This document shows, in pieces, positions 21,899 to 32,212 of a stretch of 64,000 bases of DNA. The notes under the pieces are model-generated. The model was not told the origin of the DNA. It saw nothing but the letters and a program-made list of their open reading frames with translations, and ran no database searches. Source of the stretch: Spirochaetia bacterium (GTDB taxonomy: Bacteria; Spirochaetota; Spirochaetia; UBA9216); the NCBI GenBank assembly GCA_963675665.1, contig OY776510.1:3488001-3552000 (forward strand), read 5' to 3'. Position 1 is the stretch's first letter, and each line of letters starts with the position of its first letter. The position numbers and the translations under genes are program-made.

Positions 21899-23032
21899 TT
21901 ATGCCATTACATTTTCAAGCTGTTTCAGCTTTTGTATTACAGGAATATGTTGTGGACATGCTTCCTCGCACTGCCCGCATTCTATACAGTTTGAGGCCTT
22001 TTTGGAATCTTCAAAATAGTTCTTATAACTTACTTTGAACTGATCAACAGAATTATAGACAGAAGTATTATTAAGAAAAGTAAGGTTTGCAGGAATATCA
22101 ACTCCGGAAGGACAGGGCATACAGTATTTGCAATTTGTGCACGGTGCAATAATACGTTCTTCGTACATTTTGCGTACATTTGAGATAATTTTATGCTCGT
22201 TGTCGCTTAACCCGCCGGCATCGGCTTTTTCAGCTGATGCAATATTCTCTATTACCTGATGCATATCGCTCATACCGCTTAATACGGTGTTTACTTTTTC
22301 ATTGTCCCAGACAAAACGCAAAGCAATATCTGCAGGGGAACTTGAGTTACCGGCCTTTTGCCATTCATCATTAATATCATCGGGAATATTTTTAAGGAAA
22401 CTGCCTCCTCGAAGCGGTTCCATTATGACTATACCAAGATTACGATCGGCTGCATATTCAAGCCCTTCCAGCCCGGCCTGATACTCAAGATCCATAAAAT
22501 TATACTGTATCTGACAGAAATCCCAGTTGTAACTATCAACAATCTCTTTGAAAACTGGCAAATCATCGTGAAATGAAAAACCTATATACTTTATCTTCCC
22601 CGATTCAAGAGCTTTTTCTATAAAATCAAACAATTCTGCTTTAACAACTTGCGCCCATGTAGCAGCACCAAGCGAATGAATCAGATAAAAATCGATATAC
22701 TCAGTTTTAAGTTTTTTAAGCTGATTATCGAGATAATAATCCATATCTTCTCTTTTCTTTATTAGCCATGCAGGAAGTTTTGTAGCAAGTTTTACCTTAT
22801 TGCGATAACCGTCAGACAAAGCCTTTCCGGTAATAAGTTCACTCTGACCGCCATGATAAGGCCATGCTGTGTCTATATAGTTTACACCGGAATCTATTGC
22901 ATAACGGATCATCTTAATACTTTCAGCCTCGTCAACTGTTTTATCGGAACCGGAAACGAGAGGAAGACGCATGCACCCAAAACCCAAAACAGAAACCATT
23001 TCACCAGTTTTACCAAATTTCCTATATTTCAT
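21899..23032 (-). CDS. Aldo/keto reductase with C-terminal 4Fe-4S dicluster
   Basis: LGFGCMRLP, DTAWPY, GFSFH, CTNCKYCMPCP, CIECGQCEEACP; ATG at MKYRKFG. Confidence 0.92.
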   Translation of the reverse strand: MKYRKFGKTGEMVSVLGFGCMRLPLVSGSDKTVDEAESIKMIRYAIDSGVNYIDTAWPYHGGQSELITGKALSDGYRNKVKLATKLPAWLIKKREDMDYYLDNQLKKLKTEYIDFYLIHSLGAATWAQVVKAELFDFIEKALESGKIKYIGFSFHDDLPVFKEIVDSYNWDFCQIQYNFMDLEYQAGLEGLEYAADRNLGIVIMEPLRGGSFLKNIPDDINDEWQKAGNSSSPADIALRFVWDNEKVNTVLSGMSDMHQVIENIASAEKADAGGLSDNEHKIISNVRKMYEERIIAPCTNCKYCMPCPSGVDIPANLTFLNNTSVYNSVDQFKVSYKNYFEDSKKASNCIECGQCEEACPQHIPVIQKLKQLENVMA

Positions 23033-23157
23033 AAAAATATTATAGCAGGATGAATATTCAGATACCAGTCTGTTATCATCAAACACCTGAATAAAACAGA
23101 TATAGTTATACTACGTATATACAACGCCTATAAATAGTCAGTATTACTCTTTTCTAT

Positions 23158-23186
23158 TTGACAAAAAATAAACATGAGTACATAAT
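23158..23186 (+). promoter_or_regulatory. sigma70-type promoter of the recombinase
   Basis: TTGACA-17bp-CATAAT ending 14 bp before ATG 23201. Confidence 0.65.
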
Positions 23187-23200
23187 TTTGTCATTAAAAG

Positions 23201-24265
23201 ATGAATATAAAAATAACTTTAAAAAATGATGATTTAATTGAACTCACCTGTCCATATAATACAGAATTAATATCTGTAGTTAAAAAAATACCGGGAAGAA
23301 GGTGGCATCCGGACAGGAAGCTTTGGACATATCCTAATAAAGATAAAAATACCCAATACCTGCTTGAATATTTATATAAAACAGGCTCTTCTTATTACGA
23401 CAAACAGAAAAATCTGCAAAAGAACACTAATATAATTACACCTCTTGAAAAAACTGTAAGATATTTGAGACTGAAAGAATACAGCCCCAAAACAATCTAC
23501 ACCTATAAAAAACATATAAACTGGTTTTTCCGGAGAACCGGTTTGGAGCCGAAGGATGTCCGTACCGAAGATATAATTTTATATCTTGAAAAAATCAAAA
23601 ATGTTGCCGGATGCTCCAGAACTTATGCTGTTCAATGCATAAGCGCTCTGAAATGTTTTTACAGCCGGGGATTTGATTCGTGGTTCAATCCGGCTGACAA
23701 TATTCCGCTGCCTAAGAAAGATCATAAGTTTCCGGATATTCTTTCAAGAAAAGAAATCTCGGATATACTGGAAATAACCGCTAATATTAAACACAAGTTT
23801 TTAATATTATTGATCTATTCCGCCGGCCTGAGGGTAAGCGAAGCTGTCAATTTAAAAATAAACGATCTGGATTTTGACAGAAAAATGATTCATATCAGAT
23901 CAGGAAAAGGTAAAAAAGACAGGTATGTAATGTTATCGGAAAAAGCTGTAAAACTATATTTAGATTACAATAAGCAGGTAATGTTACAAAACTGGCTCTT
24001 CCCAGGTCAGGATTATAACTCTCATTTAAGCATACGATCAGCACAATCAGTATTTATCAGAGCAACTGAAAAAACTGAAATACAAAAAAAAGTCAGCATA
24101 CATTCATTACGTCATGCATTTGCTACACATCTACTTGAAGACGGTGTAGATTTAAGATACATACAGGAGCTTCTGGGGCATAAAAGCAGTAAAACAACAG
24201 AAATATATACCCATGTAACAAAAGTAAGTATAAACCGCCTGAAAAGCCCTATAGACAGATGGTAA
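23201..24265 (+). CDS. Tyrosine recombinase (integron-integrase-like, lacking the I2 insertion)
   Basis: SAGLRVSE (R), GKGKKDR (K), HSLRH, LLGH, TEIYTHV (Y); SAM-like YSPKTIYTY domain; extra N-terminal KKIPGRRWHPDRKLW domain. Confidence 0.93.
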   Translation: MNIKITLKNDDLIELTCPYNTELISVVKKIPGRRWHPDRKLWTYPNKDKNTQYLLEYLYKTGSSYYDKQKNLQKNTNIITPLEKTVRYLRLKEYSPKTIYTYKKHINWFFRRTGLEPKDVRTEDIILYLEKIKNVAGCSRTYAVQCISALKCFYSRGFDSWFNPADNIPLPKKDHKFPDILSRKEISDILEITANIKHKFLILLIYSAGLRVSEAVNLKINDLDFDRKMIHIRSGKGKKDRYVMLSEKAVKLYLDYNKQVMLQNWLFPGQDYNSHLSIRSAQSVFIRATEKTEIQKKVSIHSLRHAFATHLLEDGVDLRYIQELLGHKSSKTTEIYTHVTKVSINRLKSPIDRW

Positions 24266-24280
24266 CCAAAATTTTGAAGG

Positions 24281-24330
24281 GTTATATGCATGTTATACAT
24301 GAAGATAAATTGAAGTTGAGGCGAAATAGC
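24281..24330 (+). other. Candidate attI-like primary site / start of cassette 1
   Basis: GTTGAGGCGAAATAGC (24315) mirrors the end of cassette 1 (GCTACATCGCCTAAC); GTTATA repeats at 24281 and 24292. Confidence 0.55.
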
Positions 24331-24357
24331 GAAATAAATAAAAATTGAGTTGGTTTA

Positions 24358-24675
24358 ATGAAAAAATATACAGGACATATTCCACCTTGTGGGATCTTTT
24401 GTGGAAGCTGTCCAAAATATAAAATTGATTGTGAAGGAGCAGAACATCATTGTAGTAGAGAAAATTGGGAAATGATTTATACATGTTGTGTTGAAAAAAA
24501 GAAATATAAATTTTGTTATGAATGTTATGACTATCCATGTTCATATTTCCACAATTTTTCAAAATCATGGCTTACTATTACAGACTCTAAAGATAATATT
24601 ATGGACAATCAAGTATTTATTAAAAATGATGGTCCTGAATATTTTTTGAAGAAAATGAATGAGAGGCTCAAATAA
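24358..24675 (+). CDS. Cassette 1: Cys-rich DUF3795-like protein
   Basis: PPCGIFCGSCP ... CEG ... CC..KK..FCYEC.DYPC pattern. Confidence 0.8.
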   Translation: MKKYTGHIPPCGIFCGSCPKYKIDCEGAEHHCSRENWEMIYTCCVEKKKYKFCYECYDYPCSYFHNFSKSWLTITDSKDNIMDNQVFIKNDGPEYFLKKMNERLK

Positions 24676-24688
24676 TATATGCTACATC

Positions 24689-24786
24689 GCCTAACAAGCG
24701 AATATGAGGCTACGGTGACAAGCACCTTCGCCCAAATAAACCTCCCATTCGGTCGGTTTACTTCTCATATTCGCAGGACGTTAGAT
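24689..24786 (+). repeat. attC-like site 1 (98 bp)
   Basis: GCCTAAC-aa-GCGAATATGAG ... CTCATATTCGC-aggac-GTTAGAT. Confidence 0.88.
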
Positions 24787-24856
24787 TGCAATTTCTGTCC
24801 TGGTTGGGATTATTTAAGGAAGAGCCCGCCTTCCGTGGCGGGCATGGAGATAAGAA

Positions 24857-25921
24857 ATGAATAATAAAGTATTATATTATCCAAGTATAGAATTTTATGA
24901 TGTTAGTTGGGTTAAAGCATCTCTATGTATTTGGGACAAAGTTTATAGAATTGTGCCTTCAACTTATATTCCCAATGATTGTTTAGAAATAGAAACATTT
25001 ATTAATCATGGACTAGTTGATAATATTAGTATTGAACAAAATGATTTATCAGAAACAGCTGATAATTTTATCGATTTTATTGAAAAAATACCAGGATTAC
25101 CTGCTGGCATTGAAGGATATGAAAAGATCAATTTGCACAAAGAAAAAGTAGATGATCGTATTCTGCCCATATTAGAAGCGATATCAGACAAATTTGAATT
25201 AGAATCATGGATACCTCTATCAAGACCGATAGTAAACGCTTACATGCTTTTTTTTGCAGAAACTATTTCAAGAAGAAGAAAAATGCCAAAGATTACTGAT
25301 AATGTCGACATGTATACAATAATGCATTATTTTATGGCAGATGGTAATATTGATGAATCAATAGGTTCACATGAACATAAAGAATATAGCATTAATCTTG
25401 TATTAGAAAATATTATACCAGCAGATATTAATACCGTATCACCTGAGATTATACTTAATTTCAGAGAAGCAACAGAAGATATTAGAGACACTTTTAGAAA
25501 CTATGTATATAATTTGATTGATGAAATAAAGTCTATTGAAAGTGAATCTTATGCAAAAGAAATAATAACTGATAGTATTTCTGATATTTCTAAAAATAAT
25601 TCATCGCAAAAAAGAGTTATTAAAGAATTAGGTATGAATTTCACTACATCATTTCTTTCAATAGGTATACCTACTACAATTTCGGCAATTGCACTTTTTT
25701 CAAATACAAATAATATATTTTCCATAAACGAAATAATGGGTTCAGTTTTCATTGGAGCAGTTGCGTCTATTGCAGATACAGTCCGCTCAAGAAGAAAAGA
25801 TTGGAGTTCAGAGGAATCACTTTTTATGCATGAATTAGATAGAAGATTTGATACTTATAGGAATTTCAGGCCAACAACTAATCGACATTTTAATATTTTA
25901 GAAGAATATATTAATGATTAA
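24857..25921 (+). CDS. Cassette 2, gene 1: DUF6236-like protein with hydrophobic C-terminal segments
   Basis: N-terminal VLYYPSIEF...W.K...WDKVYRIVP pattern recalled from DUF6236; family not verified. Confidence 0.6.
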   Translation: MNNKVLYYPSIEFYDVSWVKASLCIWDKVYRIVPSTYIPNDCLEIETFINHGLVDNISIEQNDLSETADNFIDFIEKIPGLPAGIEGYEKINLHKEKVDDRILPILEAISDKFELESWIPLSRPIVNAYMLFFAETISRRRKMPKITDNVDMYTIMHYFMADGNIDESIGSHEHKEYSINLVLENIIPADINTVSPEIILNFREATEDIRDTFRNYVYNLIDEIKSIESESYAKEIITDSISDISKNNSSQKRVIKELGMNFTTSFLSIGIPTTISAIALFSNTNNIFSINEIMGSVFIGAVASIADTVRSRRKDWSSEESLFMHELDRRFDTYRNFRPTTNRHFNILEEYIND

Positions 25922-25952
25922 TAAAGTAAATAAAACTTAAAAGGAGCATAGC

Positions 25953-27515
25953 ATGTCAGAAAAACTAATTCTAGATGCATTAATTACAAGAGAAGATTTT
26001 GAAATCTCTGACGAATTAGATATACCCACAACAGATATGAAAGATACTTTGTCAATTCAAGATTTAGAATATAATTCTTTTTTCTATCGTGCATTAAGAA
26101 AGCCTGATTTTCAAAGAGAGACTAGTGATTGGACTATTGAAAAAACATTTCAATTTATTGAAAGTTTTATTAATGGAGATTTAATACCTGCAGTTATTTT
26201 GTGGAAAAATAGTTCAGGTTTAATATTTGTAATAGATGGTTCTCATCGAATCAGCGCTTTATCTTCATGGATAAATAACGACTATGGGGATGGTCGTTAT
26301 TCAATAGAATTTTATAATAATCAAATTTCAAACCAACAGAAAAAACAAGCCCAAACAGCAAGAACAATAATTGATGCTACAATAGGTTCATATGATTCAT
26401 ATAAAAATATTGATACAAATCTAAAAGAAGAAAATTTAACGAAATATAAAAAGGCGATGCAGTTAGGTTCTACAGCTATTCAAATTCAATGGGTAAAAGG
26501 TGATTCTAAAAAAGCAGAGGAGTCATTTTTTAAGATAAATGAAAAAGCTTCTCCAATTGATAATACTGAAAAGAAGATTATTAAAAATAGAAACAAACCA
26601 ATTGGGATAGCTGCAAGAGCAATCATGAGAAGTGGTAGTGGATATAGATATTGGTCCAAATTTGATAATAAAAGAAAAAATGAAGTTGAGCAGCTTGCAA
26701 AAGACATAAATGATATGCTTTTCTTACCAGAATATACAACCCCTATTAAAAGTTTAGATTTACCGATTGGCGGAAAGATCTTATCGAATAAAGGTTTAGC
26801 ACTAGTTCATGATACAATAATGATATGTAATAATTTAAATGAAAAAGAATTAGAGAGAATAGTGGATGACAATGATGGGATAAATACTGTTAAATACTTA
26901 AAACGAACAAAAAGACTTTTATTGAGGATTAATAGTCAACATCCAGGCTCTTTAGGATTACATCCAGTTATATATTTTTATTCAATACGTGGTGTTCATA
27001 AAGTAGCCTCATATTATGGAATACTTGATTTTATTAATTATATAGAAGAAACGAATAGGTACAACGATTTTATAGAAATACGCGAGAAGTTTGAAAGAAT
27101 CTTATTAGATTATGAATTCCTGATACAACAAATAGTACGTCATGATAGGCAATCTATAAATGGATATAAAAATATTAAGGAATATTATTCTTTAATTATG
27201 GACTATTTATTACAAGGTAAAGAGATTGAGGAAGTAATTAAAATGATTCTTGATACTAAGAAGTTTTCATATCTTTCTATTGCAATTACTAAAATGGAAG
27301 AAACTAAAGCTAAAAAATTCTCAAGAGATAAAAAATCGATAATTTTTATCAAGGAAGGTTTAAAAACAATTCCTAAATGTGGTATTTGTGGCGGGGCGTT
27401 ACATTCAAAATCGATATCAATTGATCATATAGAAAGAAAACAGGATGGTGGAATTTCAATGATAGATAATGGCCAATTATCACATCCATATTGTAATACA
27501 ACATATAAAAATTGA
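25953..27515 (+). CDS. Cassette 2, gene 2: DUF262 (ParB-like) plus HNH nuclease, GmrSD-like
   Basis: KPDFQRE..W, VIDGSHRISAL, FFKIN; C-terminal CGICGG..SIDHI..NGQLSHPYCN. Confidence 0.85.
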   Translation: MSEKLILDALITREDFEISDELDIPTTDMKDTLSIQDLEYNSFFYRALRKPDFQRETSDWTIEKTFQFIESFINGDLIPAVILWKNSSGLIFVIDGSHRISALSSWINNDYGDGRYSIEFYNNQISNQQKKQAQTARTIIDATIGSYDSYKNIDTNLKEENLTKYKKAMQLGSTAIQIQWVKGDSKKAEESFFKINEKASPIDNTEKKIIKNRNKPIGIAARAIMRSGSGYRYWSKFDNKRKNEVEQLAKDINDMLFLPEYTTPIKSLDLPIGGKILSNKGLALVHDTIMICNNLNEKELERIVDDNDGINTVKYLKRTKRLLLRINSQHPGSLGLHPVIYFYSIRGVHKVASYYGILDFINYIEETNRYNDFIEIREKFERILLDYEFLIQQIVRHDRQSINGYKNIKEYYSLIMDYLLQGKEIEEVIKMILDTKKFSYLSIAITKMEETKAKKFSRDKKSIIFIKEGLKTIPKCGICGGALHSKSISIDHIERKQDGGISMIDNGQLSHPYCNTTYKN

Positions 27516-27658
27516 TAATTAATAAAAAATGTATTGGAATCATGAATTATCTACATGATTAATTTGAAAAGGAGTTAAGCATATAGAAAATGATTATAGG
27601 GTCAAATACATCCATGTATTTGACAATTAAGTATTAAAGCAACCATGAAAGAAACGGC

Positions 27659-27806
27659 ATCTAACAAGCAAATATGTAGCTCCGGCCATTCGGCCTGCGC
27701 CCAAATTGAAGCTAACGGAGAAGCGGAGCAGGACAGTCGGGTTTGCTCATTGACAAAACACTCCTTTGGCGGCGCTTCAACTTTACATATTCGCGGAACG
27801 TTATGT
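27659..27806 (+). repeat. attC-like site 2 (148 bp)
   Basis: ATCTAAC-aa-GCAAATATGTA ... TACATATTCGC-ggaac-GTTATGT. Confidence 0.85.
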
Positions 27807-27955
27807 GCAATTACCCCGCCCCTTTTTTGGGAGAAGAGATTGTATATAGGCAAACTGGCATCCGTGCCAGTTTGGAAATGTATAAACACACATCGCATCG
27901 CATAAAAAGGTGAGATTATAGAATTAAAATTTATTAGTATGCATAACAAGGAAGC

Positions 27956-28837
27956 ATGATAATGGAATGGTCTGAAAGAATGAATATGGCAATCGATTAT
28001 ATTGAAGATAATATTAAAAATGAGATACTGATTTCAGAAGTAGCAAATATAGCCAATTGTTCATCATTTCATTTTCAGCGAATGTTTTATGCAATCATTG
28101 GGATTACGCCTGCTGAATATATCAGACGACGAAGATTGACTTTAGCAGCCTCTGATCTCGCTGCTGGGAATGAAAAAGTCATTGATATTGCTCTGAAATA
28201 TGGTTATGAATCACCAAATGCGTTTACTAGAGCATTCCGGAATATGCATGGTATTAATCCACGAGAAGTGCGCAGCTCAGAGGTTAAATTATCGGCATAT
28301 AATCGTGTTTCTTTTCATATCGAAATCAAAGGAGGAAATGATATGGATTATAAAATAGTCGAAAAACCGTCTTTTGAATTGGTAGGGAAGAGTAAAAACT
28401 TTACACATGAAAACTTTTTTAAAGAAGGCCCTAAATTCTGGAAAGAATACGTATGTACAGATGAATACCAAGAGCTTTGGAATTTGACAAATGGTAGATG
28501 GGGAGAGGTGACTGATTCCCCTCTGATGTCTGTCTATTTGCCTAGTGAAAAAAATGATGAATCATTTATTGATATTCTTGGTGTTGAAAAGTCAGATAGT
28601 TTTAATAATCATAAATTTGAACTATTTCAGATACCAGCTGCTACCTATGCAGAATTTAATTGTACTTATCAGACTTCTGCAAAAATGAATAAATTTATTT
28701 ACGGTGAATGGCTTCCTTCAACCGGTTATGAAAGGGATACTCAAAAAGCTGATATTGCAGCTTATTTCCCAGTAGCTTTTATGTCAACAAAAGGGATGGG
28801 GGTACGATGGTGGATACCAGTGGTTAAGAGAAAGTGA
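27956..28837 (+). CDS. Cassette 3: AraC-family regulator with GyrI-like effector domain
   Basis: MEWSERMN.AIDYIE, SSFHFQRMF, EYIRRRRLTLAA, KYGYESPNAFTRAF. Confidence 0.92.
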   Translation: MIMEWSERMNMAIDYIEDNIKNEILISEVANIANCSSFHFQRMFYAIIGITPAEYIRRRRLTLAASDLAAGNEKVIDIALKYGYESPNAFTRAFRNMHGINPREVRSSEVKLSAYNRVSFHIEIKGGNDMDYKIVEKPSFELVGKSKNFTHENFFKEGPKFWKEYVCTDEYQELWNLTNGRWGEVTDSPLMSVYLPSEKNDESFIDILGVEKSDSFNNHKFELFQIPAATYAEFNCTYQTSAKMNKFIYGEWLPSTGYERDTQKADIAAYFPVAFMSTKGMGVRWWIPVVKRK

Positions 28838-28909
28838 AAGAGATTTCAAGCAAAACATCGTGTTTTGCTTGAAGAATTCTCTTAAGAAAGACCGGGGCGG
28901 GGAAACTGC

Positions 28910-29001
28910 ATCTAACAAGGGTTACACGCTCCGGCCATTCGGCCTGCGGGCTGCGCCACATTCGGCTGCGCCGAACGTCGTGTAACCCTGGAACGTTATA
29001 C
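28910..29001 (+). repeat. attC-like site 3 (92 bp)
   Basis: ATCTAAC-a-AGGGTTACACG ... CGTGTAACCCT-ggaac-GTTATAC; nearly identical to site 4. Confidence 0.9.
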
Positions 29002-29079
29002 AAAATGTTCCCGCTAAGAGGAAGACGCCCGGACCTCCGGCCGACGGGCTAAAAGAGAGTTTAAGATTAAGGAATCAAG

Positions 29080-29859
29080 ATGGAAAAAGAGTTTACCGGA
29101 AATGAAATTGGATTAAATGGAGAAGCTCAAATAAAGATAGCTATCAAAACTATCTCTGATCTTGGTGGGAAAGCAGAAATGAAGGATTTATATTCTGCTT
29201 TAGAGAATGAAATGCGAGGAAAGAAACTCTCCAATCAAGGAAAGGCAAGTTTCAGATTTTTTGTGAATAAGGTCGCTGTAAAAGCAGGATTGATTTATCC
29301 GTATGACAAAAATAATCCGGGGTGGATGTTGACTCCGGCTGGTAAAGAATATCTGAAGAATGAAGAGATTAATGAAATAACAGTAAATACGGATACAAAT
29401 GAAGAAGAGGTAACTTTATCTAATTCGGCAAGAGGTTTAGCTTTTGAATTATACGCTCATGATTTTCTAAAGACATTATATCCAAGTTTTGTGTGGCATC
29501 ATCAGGGGCTTTATAAAACAACTGAAAGAGGTTTGGATTTTATAGGAGATAAACTTGGGGATCAAAATTCAGATGTTCGAACCATTGGTGTTCAGGTTAA
29601 GTTTCATAAAGAGAAAAATTCGCCAACTCAGATTGAATGGTTAAAATTTCTATCTGGTTGTTTTGCGCGCAGAGTAGATTTAGCAATATTTATCACAACA
29701 GGTAGATTGTCGAGTGCTCAATATCGAGAGGCGAGGGAATCAAATGTTATAGTTATTCAAGGAAAGGATGAGATAACAAGGATTGCAAAACAGAATAATT
29801 TAAAGAAGTTTGATTTATTTGGAAGTGAAGAGGAAGGAGAGGCTTCAGAAGAAGGATGA
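29080..29859 (+). CDS. Cassette 4: Mrr-like restriction endonuclease
   Basis: N-terminal winged helix (GWMLTPAGKEYL), then FE, GLD, GVQVK, IFITTG..S Mrr_cat motifs. Confidence 0.82.
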   Translation: MEKEFTGNEIGLNGEAQIKIAIKTISDLGGKAEMKDLYSALENEMRGKKLSNQGKASFRFFVNKVAVKAGLIYPYDKNNPGWMLTPAGKEYLKNEEINEITVNTDTNEEEVTLSNSARGLAFELYAHDFLKTLYPSFVWHHQGLYKTTERGLDFIGDKLGDQNSDVRTIGVQVKFHKEKNSPTQIEWLKFLSGCFARRVDLAIFITTGRLSSAQYREARESNVIVIQGKDEITRIAKQNNLKKFDLFGSEEEGEASEEG

Positions 29860-29921
29860 AGAGTTAAGATGTTCAAGCCTTGACTCCGCCGTGCGGCTTG
29901 AACGAAGAGCGGGAACACTTC

Positions 29922-30013
29922 GTATAACAAGGGTTACACGCTCCGGCAATTCGGCCTGCGGGCTGCGCCACATTCGGTTGCGCCGAACGTCGTGTAACCC
30001 TGGAACGTTAGCT
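29922..30013 (+). repeat. attC-like site 4 (92 bp)
   Basis: GTATAAC ... GTTAGCT; body differs from site 3 at two positions. Confidence 0.9.
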
Positions 30014-30105
30014 GAAATGCCCCGCTAAGAGGAGAACGCCCGGACCTCCGGCCGACGGGCTAAACTGAATAGGAAATTAATAATAAATTAAAATATGGAG
30101 TTAGT

Positions 30106-30954
30106 ATGAAGAAGTTATCACTAGTATTTGTATTTCTAATAGCTGTGAGTAGTTTATATGCAGAGGATATAGCTTTAATTGAAGATAATGTGCTTGATTT
30201 ATTTAATAGTTACAATCCTCAATATAAAACAATTGGTCCAAAAATCTTGAATATCCCTGAAGGGCAAATTGATTTTTACAAAATGAAAATAGATACTGAT
30301 GAAAGTGATCTAAAATTCTTAGTAATTAAAGATAAGTACATTATAGGGGTCTTGCAAAATGTTAATGGTGAAGATCAACTTTTAATTGATGCAAATGGTG
30401 ATAATTTATTAGATTATTATTCTCAAGAATTAACAATACCTTATTGGGTTGTAGCATCAGAGTGTAATAATCACAGTAATAATGAATATAATTTGGATAT
30501 TTATTTTGATGAAGCTATTGAGATTTTTAATGGAGAGGTGAACCCATATTCATCCGGTTTGCATTATCAGTTTACGCAAAAATTATTAGTTTCAGTTTCA
30601 GCACCGGAAACTCCTAATCGAGATATAATTTACGCTTTATATGATTATTACAATCATGGCGACCAATATCCATGGGTTGCTTTACAAATAATTAATTATA
30701 TAAGCAAGACTACTTACGATAGATATAAAAAGGATAATCTATTATTTTACTTACATACTATGGAATCCTTAATTAATTTTGGATATTCAGATAGAGCGAT
30801 ACCATTGATGGAAGAGTTAGTAAAGAAATACCCAGAATTTATTCCAGGGTTAGTGTATAGATGGCAATTAGAAAATGATGCTTCGAAAAAGGAGAAATAT
30901 TATAAAGATCTAAAAACCAATTATCCAAATCATTGGATAGTGAAATTAATTTAA
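30106..30954 (+). CDS. Cassette 5: exported hypothetical protein with TPR-like C-terminus
   Basis: Signal peptide MKKLSLVFVFLIAVSSLYA; GGAG RBS; helical repeats ..KYP.. / ..NYPNHW. Confidence 0.75.
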   Translation: MKKLSLVFVFLIAVSSLYAEDIALIEDNVLDLFNSYNPQYKTIGPKILNIPEGQIDFYKMKIDTDESDLKFLVIKDKYIIGVLQNVNGEDQLLIDANGDNLLDYYSQELTIPYWVVASECNNHSNNEYNLDIYFDEAIEIFNGEVNPYSSGLHYQFTQKLLVSVSAPETPNRDIIYALYDYYNHGDQYPWVALQIINYISKTTYDRYKKDNLLFYLHTMESLINFGYSDRAIPLMEELVKKYPEFIPGLVYRWQLENDASKKEKYYKDLKTNYPNHWIVKLI

Positions 30955-31034
30955 TGAAATATTATAGATTTGAAAACTTTGGTAGCCAGTCCTTGACTCC
31001 GTCGCACGGACTGGTTTAAGAGCGGGGACACTTC

Positions 31035-31342
31035 AGCTAACAAGGGAATATAAGCAGCGCCCATTCGGGCTTGGCCTTCGGCACATTTTTATTTTTCTGA
31101 ACATAGGCTTTATCATCGGCATTTAACACATGAAATGCAGTAGTCAACACCTTTGACACGGTTCTGGCGGAGACATTCGCTGATCGCTCATTCCAGAACC
31201 GCGCCAACCCTCGAAGACTCGGGACGGTTTCGCTACTGATTTCGTCGTTAAATGCACGGGATTTTTCAGTTTCGGGAAAATGATGGGTGTGATAGAATCA
31301 ATGAGAAAAATAAAAACGTCTTATATTCCCGGGGCGTTATGC
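31035..31342 (+). repeat. attC-like site 5, giant (308 bp), with nested inner site at 31121-31253
   Basis: AGCTAAC-aa-GGGAATATAAG ... CTTATATTCCC-ggggc-GTTATGC; TTTTTATTTTTCT/AGAAAAATAAAAA arm; inner ATTTAAC...GTTAAAT. Confidence 0.8.
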
Positions 31343-31576
31343 GACATTCTTGGAGGAAGAAGATAGAAACATTGTTTGGGATGATTTTGATAGTTTTTAG
31401 CATTTTACTCATTAAAAATTATTTTATTTCATATGGAAGGGCTATAAATAAATTCCGTGATATAATGTTATTTACAGTTTTAAATGCTGTAATTGAATTC
31501 TCAAGCAAGATCAACCAACTTGTTTTTAGGAACTTTACGCAGAAATTTAAGATTGAATTAAAAATAAAGGACGAAC

Positions 31577-32212
31577 ATGAATTCTACAGGCCAATATTAC
31601 TACAATGCCAGATGGTATGACCTAAATCTGGGTAGGTTTACCACAGAAGACCCGATAAGCGACGGCCTAAACTGGTACGCTTACGCTAATAATAATCCGC
31701 TGAGGTTTGTTGATCCGACCGGGTTAATAGATGTTGAATCTGATATAGTTGAAACGGAAACATACGTCGATGTTGATACTGATTCTCTCATGACTGGTGA
31801 TCCTATGGATATCTTTGATGATCCAGAAGTTGCAAAAGCTGATACTTTAGCTCAATTAGAAGATGTAGTAGATGAAACTGTAGAAATGATTTCCTTTACT
31901 ACCACTTTGGGTGGACTTTTGCCAGATGAAGAAGTTTCAACCACATTATTTTTTATTGGTGTAGGGACCGACCTTTATTCTACCCTTGTCTCTGAGGATA
32001 TGTCAGGGCTTGAATTAGGGATAAAGATAGGACTTGGTGTTGTTGGACTTATTTCAAGTCCTGCTGTTGCAGTGCCCTGTGTTTTAGCTACGATGTATGT
32101 AGGCTCGGCTTTTGATCATTTAGATGATGGACCTATTACAACAACTGATAATATGTCTGATTTATCTGATTTTCTTGGTGGTACTATAGATTGGGCAATG
32201 GATAATCAATAA
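31577..32212 (+). CDS. Cassette 6: Rhs-associated core plus C-terminal toxin-like domain
   Basis: TGQYYYNARWYD..LGRFTTEDP...NWYAYANNNPLRFVDPTGL. Confidence 0.88.
   Translation: MNSTGQYYYNARWYDLNLGRFTTEDPISDGLNWYAYANNNPLRFVDPTGLIDVESDIVETETYVDVDTDSLMTGDPMDIFDDPEVAKADTLAQLEDVVDETVEMISFTTTLGGLLPDEEVSTTLFFIGVGTDLYSTLVSEDMSGLELGIKIGLGVVGLISSPAVAVPCVLATMYVGSAFDHLDDGPITTTDNMSDLSDFLGGTIDWAMDNQ

Noticed and set aside
1744-23053. Numerous short antisense or out-of-frame ORFs inside housekeeping genes
   Set aside because: They are shadows of well-supported genes.
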